A stretch of DNA of 64,000 nucleotides, taken from NCBI GenBank assembly GCA_963727525.1, contig CAVSGO010000007.1:1120001-1184000 (forward strand). Direction: 5' to 3'. The notes beneath the pieces are model-generated. The model was not told the origin of the DNA. It saw only the letters and a list, made by a program, of their open reading frames with translations, and searched no databases. Origin of the DNA: an uncultured bacterium. Its GTDB lineage: Bacteria; Krumholzibacteriota; Krumholzibacteriia; LZORAL124-64-63. Shown in pieces: positions 48,605 to 57,587 of this stretch; the first letter of the stretch is position 1; each line of letters opens with the position of its first letter. Both the position numbers and the translations under genes were made by a program.

Positions 48605-51600
48605 CGAAGTTCAGCTTGCCGGGCCTGGTTGCGGCTCTGCTCGTCCCGGTCGCCTTCGCGGCGGTCGGGACGGCCGTCGCGACCCCCGCGCCCGCGGTTC
48701 ACGCCCAGGAAACCCTCGTCACCCTGTCGCCGGAGCCGGCACAGGGCCAGCTCCCCGCGGCCCGCGGCGTCCTCGTCGCCGTGCCGGCGGACGCGCGGAC
48801 AGTCACCGCCAGCGTGGTCGGCGGCGCGGCCCGCGGCGCCCACGTCGTCGGCGACATCATGGTGATGCGCGGCGTGGCGATGGTGCTCGTCGCGGTCGAC
48901 GAGCCGGGGTCTGGACCGGTCACCGTGGCGGTACGCCACGATGGCGACTGGAGCCGGCCGTCGGCCCGCGCGCAGAACCTGGCGTTGCCGGGACTGCCGG
49001 CGATCGCGACGGGAATGCCGCCGGCCGACAAGGCGATGACCGACGTCACGGCGGCGGGCTACGTCATCGTCACCGCCCCCCAGTTCGCGAGTGCCGTGCA
49101 GCCCCTGGCCGACTGGAAACGCCGCAAGGGCCTGCACGTGACCGTCGTCACCACGAACGAGACGGGAACCTCGGCGGCCGCGATCAAGGCCTGGTTGCAG
49201 AACGCGTACGACACGTGGGATCTTCCGCCGGCCTACGTCCTGCTCGTGGGCGATGTCGACACGTTGCCCACGTACAACTACTCCGGCAACGTCACCGACC
49301 TCCCCTTCGCCTTGCTCGACGGCGACGACTTCCTGCCCGACCTCATGGTGGGCCGCTTCTCCGTCTCCAACCAGACCGAAGCGCAGACCCTGGTCGCCAA
49401 GACCGTGGCCTACGAGCGCACGCCCGACATGGGACAGCCCGACTGGTTCACCCGCGCCTTGCTGGTGGCCGGTCAGTCGGCGGCCACGACGCCGAAGCGT
49501 GTGGTGGCGTTCTGCGGCGAGCAACTCGGCACGCTCGGATTCGACCCCATCGATCCCTCGATCTCGGTGCGTGATCAGCAGGGGAACCCCATCTTCGTGC
49601 ACTACGGCAACTACATCGTCTCGCCGTACCAGCAGGACGAGGACATCGGCATCCCCGAGGGTGACGGCCCCGACATGGTGGACGAGGCCATCGACACAGG
49701 GTGCAGCTTCGTGGTCTACCGCGGCTGGGCCTACGGCCCCAACGGGTGGCAACCGCCCACCTACACCGTGGACGATATCCCCGGGCTCGCCAACGGCTCG
49801 ATGCTGCCGGTCGTCATGAGCTTCGTGTGCCTCAATGGCAACTTCGCCGCCGATATCCCCTGCTTCGGCGAGGTCTTCACGCGCCAGGGTCAGCCCACCG
49901 GTCCCTTCAAGGGTGCCGTGGCCTTCATCGGTAACGGCGAGCACTGGTCCCACACGCGTTTCAACGACGCGATGGCCATCAGCTTCTTCGAGCGCGTCGT
50001 GGATCCCGGCATCACCGACCTCGGCAGCCTGATGACCGCGGGCAAGCTGCGCTTCCTCGACTACTACCCCGGCGAGCTGCAGTCGATCGGCGTCGATCCC
50101 GAGGAGTCGGCGATCTTCTACCTGCACATCTACAACCTGCTCGGCGATCCGGAGCTGAACTTCCACAAGGCCGTCCCCACCGCGCTGACGGTGGCGCACG
50201 CGCTGGACGTGCACGCGGGCACGAGCTACCTGGCCGTGGACGTGCACGAAGCCGATGGCGTGACACCGCGTCCGGGCGCCCTGGTCGGCGTGGTGCAGGG
50301 TACGACCCTGCTCGGTAGCGCTTACGCCGGCGACGACGGTATCGCCCGCGTGGCTCTGACCACGCCGGTGAGCGCCGGCGACGACGTGACCGTCACCATC
50401 ACGCACCCCGATCGGCTGGCGGTGGAGGATGCGCTGCCGGTGACGTCGGGCGGCGCCTTCGTGGCCGTGACGGAGACCGCGATCGACGCGGGCGGCGACG
50501 CGGTGGTGAGCCCGGGCGAAACCGTCCAGGTCACCCCCACATTGCACAACGGGGGCGCCGCGGCCAGCGACGCCGCGAGCGCCACGCTCACGCTGACCGG
50601 ACCGGCCACTGTGGTGATCGGCACCACCTCGGTACCCGCCATCCCCGCCGGGGCCGACGGCACGCCCGCCCAGCCTTTCACCTTCACCGTGGCGACCGAT
50701 GCCCAGGACGGGGACACGATTCTCGGCATCGTCGAGGTGCAACGCAGCGGGGCGAGCGACTGGTCGCAGTTCACGCTACCGGTGCGCGCGCCTTCCGTGC
50801 AGATCGTCGCCGCGCAGGTCGCCGGCGGTACCGCGCAGCCCGGCGCCACGCGCGACGTGACGCTGTACCTGACCAACGCGGGAAGCGCCGCCACGGCGGG
50901 CGGCACTCTCGCCATCACCCTCGACGACCCGGTCGGCGCGACGGTATCGGGCAGTCCGCGCCCCTTCGACGCCCTCGCGGCCGCGTCGGGCGACACCGTC
51001 GCCACCACGTTCGGTCTCACCATCGACGCCGACGTGGCCGTGGGCACCGGCCTGACCTTCAACGTGGACGTCACCACCACCGAGGGCGGCACGTCCGCCA
51101 CGACGGTCGCGCTCGTGGTCGGCGACGTGGACGTGACGGCGCCGGTAGGCCCCGACGCTTACGGCTACTATGCCTACGACAGCGCCGATATCCTCTATCC
51201 CGGCCAGTCGCCCACTTACGCGTGGCAAGAACTGAGTACGGACCTGGGCGGGGACGGTACGCGGCTGCCGTTCCAGTACGACAATATCGAGACCCAGATC
51301 ACGGTGGACCTGCCATTCAGCTTCACGTACTACGGACAAGCCTTCACCAGCATCCGCGTCAGCGACAACGGTTGGATCAGCTTCGACGCCGCCGACGCCC
51401 ATTACAACTTCTACAACTGGCCCCTGCCCTCGGACGAGGGCAACGGCGCCCTGGTCGCCCCGTTCTGGGACAACCTCTCCCCCGAGCATTTCGCGGATCC
51501 AGATCAGAATCCCACGGGCCTCGAGGCCGATGGCGTGTACTACCGCTATGACATCGCTGCCGGGACGTTCACCGTGGAGTGGAGTCGCATGCGCAACTAC

Positions 51601-52407
51601 AAGGAGGAGATCGCCGACCTGCAGACCTTCCAGGTCGTGCTCACGCCGAACGGCAGCGACGACGGCGACATGCTCTTCCTCTACAAGCAGGTGGCCAACA
51701 GCGACTACCTGCGCATGTTCGCCTCGGTGGGCATCGAATCGCCCGACGAGACCATGGGGCTGCAGCTCACCTACGACAACGTGTACACCCCCGGCATGCC
51801 GGCGCTGGGCCCCGGCCTCGCGGTGCGCATCACCACGGAAGCGCCGGTGCGCGTGCCCTACACCGTGGCCGACCTCGCTGCGGTGACCGCGCCCGACGGC
51901 GTGCGGATCTCCTGGCGGACGGTGGATGAACGCCCGGTGATTGGGTGGGAGGTCCTGCGGTTGGATGGCGCCGCCCCGGCGAGCGTCACGCCCACGCTGT
52001 TGCCGGCGAGCGCCCGCAGCATCGTGGTCGCGGGCGCCGATGCGGCCGCACAGTTCGCCCTGGTGGCGCACCACCCCTACGGAGCGACCTCGCGCGTGGG
52101 CACGGTGACGGCCACCGGAACCGTGGCCAGGCTCGCCCTCGGCGCGGCCTCGCCCAATCCGCTGCGCGGCGGCGAGACGGCGATCGCCTTCGCCCTACCG
52201 CGCGCCGGTGCGGCCACGCTTCGGATCTACGACGTGCGCGGGCGCTGCGTGCGCACGCTCGTCGACGGCGACGCGACCGCCGGTGACGCGATCGTGACGT
52301 GGGACGGACGTGACGGGGCGGGCCGGGCATTGCCCGACGGCGTCTACGTCTATCGCCTGGAGGCCGCGGGTCGGACGTTGACTCGCAAGTTGCTGCTGGT
52401 GCGCTGA
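48601..52407 (+). CDS. Secreted C25 (gingipain-like) protein, YRG variant, with FlgD-Ig C-terminal domain
   Basis: Signal peptide; YVLLVGD, VGRFS, VYRG, FVCLNG, YNLLGDP motifs; SPNP...RKLLLVR C-terminus; ATGA overlap with the upstream gene. Confidence 0.85.
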   Translation: MTKFSLPGLVAALLVPVAFAAVGTAVATPAPAVHAQETLVTLSPEPAQGQLPAARGVLVAVPADARTVTASVVGGAARGAHVVGDIMVMRGVAMVLVAVDEPGSGPVTVAVRHDGDWSRPSARAQNLALPGLPAIATGMPPADKAMTDVTAAGYVIVTAPQFASAVQPLADWKRRKGLHVTVVTTNETGTSAAAIKAWLQNAYDTWDLPPAYVLLVGDVDTLPTYNYSGNVTDLPFALLDGDDFLPDLMVGRFSVSNQTEAQTLVAKTVAYERTPDMGQPDWFTRALLVAGQSAATTPKRVVAFCGEQLGTLGFDPIDPSISVRDQQGNPIFVHYGNYIVSPYQQDEDIGIPEGDGPDMVDEAIDTGCSFVVYRGWAYGPNGWQPPTYTVDDIPGLANGSMLPVVMSFVCLNGNFAADIPCFGEVFTRQGQPTGPFKGAVAFIGNGEHWSHTRFNDAMAISFFERVVDPGITDLGSLMTAGKLRFLDYYPGELQSIGVDPEESAIFYLHIYNLLGDPELNFHKAVPTALTVAHALDVHAGTSYLAVDVHEADGVTPRPGALVGVVQGTTLLGSAYAGDDGIARVALTTPVSAGDDVTVTITHPDRLAVEDALPVTSGGAFVAVTETAIDAGGDAVVSPGETVQVTPTLHNGGAAASDAASATLTLTGPATVVIGTTSVPAIPAGADGTPAQPFTFTVATDAQDGDTILGIVEVQRSGASDWSQFTLPVRAPSVQIVAAQVAGGTAQPGATRDVTLYLTNAGSAATAGGTLAITLDDPVGATVSGSPRPFDALAAASGDTVATTFGLTIDADVAVGTGLTFNVDVTTTEGGTSATTVALVVGDVDVTAPVGPDAYGYYAYDSADILYPGQSPTYAWQELSTDLGGDGTRLPFQYDNIETQITVDLPFSFTYYGQAFTSIRVSDNGWISFDAADAHYNFYNWPLPSDEGNGALVAPFWDNLSPEHFADPDQNPTGLEADGVYYRYDIAAGTFTVEWSRMRNYKEEIADLQTFQVVLTPNGSDDGDMLFLYKQVANSDYLRMFASVGIESPDETMGLQLTYDNVYTPGMPALGPGLAVRITTEAPVRVPYTVADLAAVTAPDGVRISWRTVDERPVIGWEVLRLDGAAPASVTPTLLPASARSIVVAGADAAAQFALVAHHPYGATSRVGTVTATGTVARLALGAASPNPLRGGETAIAFALPRAGAATLRIYDVRGRCVRTLVDGDATAGDAIVTWDGRDGAGRALPDGVYVYRLEAAGRTLTRKLLLVR

Positions 52408-52412
52408 CGACC

Positions 52413-53585
52413 ATGACCCTGATCGTGATCCTGCTGCTCCTCCTTGCCACGCTCGGCGTGTGGGAAACCGCACGCCACGCGCGGTATCGTCGGCGCATCC
52501 CCATCCGCGTGCACGTCAACGGCAGCCGCGGCAAGAGTTCGGTGACGCGCCTGATCGCCGCGGGCCTGCGTGGCGGTGGGCTACGGGTGGTGGCCAAGAC
52601 CACGGGGTCGGCAGCGGCCCTCATCCATGCCGACGGCCGCGAGACCCCGGTGGCGCGCCGCGGCGGTCCGAACATCCGCGAGCAGCTCGGCGTCATGCGG
52701 CAGGCCGTGCGCGAACGGTGCGATGCCCTCGTGATCGAGTGCATGGCCGTACGCCCCGACCTGCAGCGCACCTGCGAGCACCAGATCGTGCACGCCACTC
52801 ACGGCGTGCTGACGAACGTGCGGCCCGACCATCTCGAGGTGATGGGACCGACGATGGACGATGTCGCCGCGAGCCTGGCGAACACCATCCCCCGGCGTGC
52901 GCGGTATTTCACGGCGGAGATCGAGTTCGCGCCCTACCTGGAACGACGGGCCGCGGGGCAGGGCACATCGTTCACGCACGCCGGTGCCGATACCATCACG
53001 CCGCAGGAGATGGAAGGTTTCCGGTACGTCGAGTTCCCCGACAATGTGGCGCTGGCCCTGGCCACGTGCGTGGGCGCCGGCGTGGAACGCGAGGCCGCCC
53101 TGCGCGCGATGTACGACGTCGTGCCCGACGTGGGCGCGCTCACGCGCTGGCGCTTCATCGAGGGCACCAAGGACGTGACGTTCGTCAATGCGTTCGCAGC
53201 CAACGATCCTGTGAGCTACGTCCACGTGTGGGATCGCCTGCGCCTGGCCGACCGCAGCGACGAGGTCATCATGCTAATGAACAACCGCGGCGACCGCATG
53301 CGGCGCGCCAAGGACCTCGCGCCCCTCTTCGGCCGCGAGCTGGTGGCCGGCCGTTACGTACTGATCGGCGAGCAGACCCGCGTGCTGGCGGACATGCTAC
53401 GCCGTCAGGGGCTACCGATGGACCGCGTCGAGGACCTCGCCGGACGTCCCGCACCGGAGCTCTGGGATAAACTCGTGCAACTCGCCCCGCCGCGGTGCCT
53501 CGTGGTGGGGATCGGCAACATCGCCAACATCGGCAACGAACTGCTGGACCATCTACGGTCCCGTATGCAGCAGGAGCTGGTCTGA
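52413..53585 (+). CDS. pgsB: Poly-gamma-glutamate synthase PgsB/CapB
   Basis: RVHVNGSRGKSSVTRLIAAGL, AKTTG, NIREQ, IECMA, TNVRPDHL, NAFAAND, R.DR motifs. Confidence 0.93.
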   Translation: MTLIVILLLLLATLGVWETARHARYRRRIPIRVHVNGSRGKSSVTRLIAAGLRGGGLRVVAKTTGSAAALIHADGRETPVARRGGPNIREQLGVMRQAVRERCDALVIECMAVRPDLQRTCEHQIVHATHGVLTNVRPDHLEVMGPTMDDVAASLANTIPRRARYFTAEIEFAPYLERRAAGQGTSFTHAGADTITPQEMEGFRYVEFPDNVALALATCVGAGVEREAALRAMYDVVPDVGALTRWRFIEGTKDVTFVNAFAANDPVSYVHVWDRLRLADRSDEVIMLMNNRGDRMRRAKDLAPLFGRELVAGRYVLIGEQTRVLADMLRRQGLPMDRVEDLAGRPAPELWDKLVQLAPPRCLVVGIGNIANIGNELLDHLRSRMQQELV

Positions 53586-54058
53586 TGCTGTACCAAGCCA
53601 TCGGCCTGGGTCTCGTGGTCAGCCTCGTATTCTCCGAGATCCTCGGCCTCGCCGCCGGCGGCCTCGTGGTGCCGGGCTACATCGCGCTCTACCTCGACCA
53701 GCCGCTGCGCATCGCCGCGACGGTGCTCGCCGCCCTCGTGACCTTCGCATCGGTGAACCTGCTCGGACGCGTGATCCTTCTCTACGGCCGGCGCACGATG
53801 GTGTTCTGCGTGCTGGCGGGGTTCCTCTTCGGCTACCTCACGCGGTACCTGCTGGTCTTCAACGAAACGTTTGCTCTGGGCGTGGACACCGCGGTACTGC
53901 GCTCGATCGGCTACATCATCCCCGGCCTCATGGCCTACTGGATGATGCGGCAGGGTATCATCGAGACCCTGTGCACTCTCGCCATCGCGGCCTTCATCGT
54001 CCGCGTCGCTCTGGTCGTCGTCCATGGAGGCAGGCTCATTGAGCTGGCGCTTGGATAG
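53585..54058 (+). CDS. pgsC: Poly-gamma-glutamate biosynthesis protein PgsC/CapC
   Basis: GLVVSLVFSE, AGGLVVPGYIAL, ILLYGRR, IGYIIPGL.A...RQG motifs. Confidence 0.93.
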   Translation: MLYQAIGLGLVVSLVFSEILGLAAGGLVVPGYIALYLDQPLRIAATVLAALVTFASVNLLGRVILLYGRRTMVFCVLAGFLFGYLTRYLLVFNETFALGVDTAVLRSIGYIIPGLMAYWMMRQGIIETLCTLAIAAFIVRVALVVVHGGRLIELALG

Positions 54059-56045
54059 CCGTCGCAAGTGGGTTCTCGCGGGACTCGCCGCCCTCGCCAT
54101 CGCGCTGCAGGTGCTGCTGGACGTCACGCGCGCGCCGATGCGGCAGAGCAACTACGACCTCAAGCTTGCCGCCACCGAACGCGCGGCCGAGGCGTTCGGT
54201 GTCCTGCGCGACTACCGGCTGCACAAGGGTGCCGTGCTCGACATGCTGAACGATCCGGCCGGCACCGGACTGGTGGGACCCGAGTTCAGCCGCATCACCA
54301 ACGCCCGCGGCGACCACGCGTCCAAGTTGACGAGCCTGAATCCGAACTGGGCCGCCGTGATCGTCGATTTCTGCCGTGAAGCCGGACTCAAACGTGGCGA
54401 CCCCGTCGCGGTGGCCGTCTCGGGATCGTTCCCCGGACTGAACATCGCCGTGCTCTCCGCCCTCGAGACGCTGCGGCTACGGCCGGTGCTGCTCACATCC
54501 GTGGGTGCGTCCATGTGGGGTGCCAACGATCCCGATTTCACCTGGCTCGACATGGAGTCCATCCTGCACGAGGCCGGCATCTTCACCACCCGGACCGTGA
54601 TGGCCACCTACGGCGGCGGCAGCGACATGGGACGCGGCCTGAGTCCCGAGGGGCGGCGCCTGATCCGCGAGGCGGCGAAGCGCAACCACGTGGAGTTCCT
54701 CGAGCCGCGCAACATCGAGTACTCGATCGCCAAGCGCATGGCCGTGTACGAGGAGGAGGCGCGCGGTCGTCCTTACAAGCTCTACATCAACGTGGGCGGC
54801 GGCGTGGCCAGCCTGGGCAGCAGTCACAACGGAGTACTCGTACCCCACGGACTGACGCTCGATCTCGGCATGCACAACTTCCCGCGCAAGGGCACCATGA
54901 TCCTCTTCGGGGAGAAGGGTATTCCCGTGGTCCACATGCTCCAGATCAAGAGCCTGGCGAGGAAATTCGGCCTGCCGATCGCGCCGGATTACATGCCGGC
55001 GCCCGGCGAGGGCGAGATCTTCGTGCGCGATGCCTACCGCCTGCCGCTGGCTGCCGCGGTGCTGGCCGCCTACACGCTGCTGTGCGTGTTGATTCTCGCG
55101 CCCGAGGTCCGGCGCGGCATCTTCGACCGGCTTTCGCGGCCGCGCGGGGCGGCTTCGGCGGGATTGGTCTTCGTCATGCTGCTCGGAGCCTCGGCGGCCA
55201 CCGCGGCCACGAGCGGCTGGGTCCGGATCAAGACGTTGCACGCCCCGGACAAGACCTGCATCAATGTCGGCGGGCGCGAATACAGCTACGCCGTGTTCCG
55301 CCCCGAAAATGCGGCCACGTTTACCGTCACCGGCCCGCGGCAGCTCCGCGTCAGCAGCCGCTATCTCTTCAGCGAGGACGACCCGGCCAAGGTCCCCTAC
55401 ACCATGGTCGTCACGGTGGACGGGCAGGAACGCCTGCGCAAGACCCACACCGGGCGGCCGCACGGAGAGGTGCGCCTGTGCCGGCAGGCAGGCCGCGTGG
55501 GTACGCTGCGCAAGGCCACCCTCGATATCGGCCCAGGCAAGCACACCGTGCGGGTCACGGCGCTCACGTCCGGCAAGGGGCACGTGGCCGGCCGCGTATA
55601 CCGGCAGGTCAAGAACCGGCGCGTGCGCACGGTCCTCTACGCACCCGACGGCTACGACGACGTGCGCGAGCTGCAATTCGCCAGCGGCAGCCATTCCACG
55701 TATTACCATCTCACCGCCGATGCGCCCGTGCGATTCACGGTGGGAGGCCCGACCGACCTGCAGCTCTACGCACGCCTCGATTTCGACCACACGATGAACG
55801 GCAGCCAGACGTACGCCCTCGCGGTGCGCTGCGACGGGGAAGAGTGGAAGACCTTCGTCTTCGACAGTCGCAAGCTCGACACCGCGGTGTACGTGACGCA
55901 GCCGGACGTGCTGCCCGGCAGCCGCAACGACTTCAGGATCGCGGTGGCCCGTGGCCGCCATGTTTACGAGATCCGCTGCCTGCGGCCCGAACGGTGCGGG
56001 GTGGCGGTGCAGATCCGCATCCCGCGCACGGATCTGCAACACTAG
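54039..56045 (+). CDS. pgsW: Poly-gamma-glutamate system protein PgsW fused to two C-terminal beta-sandwich repeats
   Basis: DPAGTGLVG.E, KLTSLNP, SGSFPGLN, SVGASMWGAN, YINVGGG.ASLG motifs; about 300 extra residues after a second hydrophobic segment; TTG start after GGAGG inferred. Confidence 0.8.
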   Translation: MSWRLDSRRKWVLAGLAALAIALQVLLDVTRAPMRQSNYDLKLAATERAAEAFGVLRDYRLHKGAVLDMLNDPAGTGLVGPEFSRITNARGDHASKLTSLNPNWAAVIVDFCREAGLKRGDPVAVAVSGSFPGLNIAVLSALETLRLRPVLLTSVGASMWGANDPDFTWLDMESILHEAGIFTTRTVMATYGGGSDMGRGLSPEGRRLIREAAKRNHVEFLEPRNIEYSIAKRMAVYEEEARGRPYKLYINVGGGVASLGSSHNGVLVPHGLTLDLGMHNFPRKGTMILFGEKGIPVVHMLQIKSLARKFGLPIAPDYMPAPGEGEIFVRDAYRLPLAAAVLAAYTLLCVLILAPEVRRGIFDRLSRPRGAASAGLVFVMLLGASAATAATSGWVRIKTLHAPDKTCINVGGREYSYAVFRPENAATFTVTGPRQLRVSSRYLFSEDDPAKVPYTMVVTVDGQERLRKTHTGRPHGEVRLCRQAGRVGTLRKATLDIGPGKHTVRVTALTSGKGHVAGRVYRQVKNRRVRTVLYAPDGYDDVRELQFASGSHSTYYHLTADAPVRFTVGGPTDLQLYARLDFDHTMNGSQTYALAVRCDGEEWKTFVFDSRKLDTAVYVTQPDVLPGSRNDFRIAVARGRHVYEIRCLRPERCGVAVQIRIPRTDLQH

Positions 56046-56057
56046 GGTGGATGGCGC

Positions 56058-57575
56058 ATGAGACGGAAACGTACCAATCGCATCGTCGTAATGGGCCTCG
56101 TTGCAGCACTCCTGCCGGCCGCGATGGCCGCGGCCTACGTACCCGATCCGCTCGGCCTCACCTACGAGGTCGGCATCGGCGGGCGTCCGTACCTGCGCGT
56201 GGGCGCGGTGCCCGTGATGCTGGCGCTGCGGGGCCCGGGCACGTTCTACGGCTACGCCCGCACCACCTTCCTCCCCGGCGAGGCGGGCAAGAAGCAGGGC
56301 CGCCTCCAGGTGAGCGGTTTGCCGGGCGATCCGATCACGCTCCCGCTCACCTTCGAGCCGTCGACCGAGAGCGACTTCGACGACGGTCGCCCCGGCCAGG
56401 CGAGCGCCGGCGCGCGCTTCGAGGTGAAGGTGCCCGACGGCGCCTGGACGCTCGTGCTGCGCGGCGACGTGGACGCGCCCACCGACGGCGCCGACGAGAT
56501 CTTCGTGACGTTGTACTATGACGGCCCGCGCCAGACCTCGCGCAAGGGTACGGCCAGCGCCAAGTCGTCACCCTGGTCCTGGCACAACCGCGCCGGTCTC
56601 GAACTGATCTACGATGACAACATCCTCACGCAGAGTCCCGACGCGTTCATCATCTTCGAGAACAATTCCGATCCGGCGGCCTTCCGCATCCACAGTACGG
56701 ACGACCTGCTCGTGGTGCCGAGCGTCGATCTCGAGGTGCGGCGCAATCTCTTCGACTTCGGACAGACCCGCGTTCGCTTCCGGGTGAAGTACTGGCATTA
56801 CACTTACAACCCCATCAAGACGAACACGGATTTCGACTTCTACCTGCGCCAGTACTGGGGCCGAAAGACGTCGTTCGAACTCTACGTGAATCACGCGCCC
56901 GAGCAATACATCCGGCAGCTCAACGACTTCGCGCCGTTCCAGGATCCGGAAACGCCGACCGAATCCAAGGAATTCCGATTCACGCGCAACGTCGTGAATC
57001 TCACCTGGCGCCAGAGCGTCAGCCGGCGCGTCGCCACCAAGCTCTCGCTGGAGACCAACCGCCGCTATTACAACAAGCCGTTCATCGAGAACGACATCGA
57101 GGCCTGGGAACTGCGCGGCAATGTGCGCTTCCGCGCGACCCGCTGGCTCGATATCGACGTCGACTACGGCTGGGAAGACGCGGCCGGCCGCGGCTACGAC
57201 ACCGTGGGTGAGACCCCGGAAACCAGCGACGACGGCGATCCCAGCTACGAGCGCGACCTCTATCGCCTCGGCTTCGGCATCGACACCCCGTTCCTCGATC
57301 CGGTCGTCGACGGCCTCGACGTCGCCGGCCTCTTCATGGACTATTACTACACCACGAAGAAGCCCATCTTCGATGCCCCGTTCCAGAGGGGCCGGCGAGA
57401 CAAGTGGGGCAAGGTCTTCGTGACGCTGCACAAGCGACTGAACCGGCGGATCAGCCTCGACGTGGGCTTCACCTATTCCGAACGCGCCGTGGAGTCGCCG
57501 TGGTACGGCGACATCACCCTCGACAAGAACTACATCCAGCACCGTTACTCGGTCGGTGCCGACTACCGATTCTGA
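56058..57575 (+). CDS. Putative outer-membrane beta-barrel protein with N-terminal beta-sandwich domain
   Basis: Signal peptide; YDDNI motif; alternating aromatic strands; terminal YRF (BAM-type signal). Confidence 0.7.
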   Translation: MRRKRTNRIVVMGLVAALLPAAMAAAYVPDPLGLTYEVGIGGRPYLRVGAVPVMLALRGPGTFYGYARTTFLPGEAGKKQGRLQVSGLPGDPITLPLTFEPSTESDFDDGRPGQASAGARFEVKVPDGAWTLVLRGDVDAPTDGADEIFVTLYYDGPRQTSRKGTASAKSSPWSWHNRAGLELIYDDNILTQSPDAFIIFENNSDPAAFRIHSTDDLLVVPSVDLEVRRNLFDFGQTRVRFRVKYWHYTYNPIKTNTDFDFYLRQYWGRKTSFELYVNHAPEQYIRQLNDFAPFQDPETPTESKEFRFTRNVVNLTWRQSVSRRVATKLSLETNRRYYNKPFIENDIEAWELRGNVRFRATRWLDIDVDYGWEDAAGRGYDTVGETPETSDDGDPSYERDLYRLGFGIDTPFLDPVVDGLDVAGLFMDYYYTTKKPIFDAPFQRGRRDKWGKVFVTLHKRLNRRISLDVGFTYSERAVESPWYGDITLDKNYIQHRYSVGADYRF

Positions 57576-57587
57576 CAAGGAGCTGAC

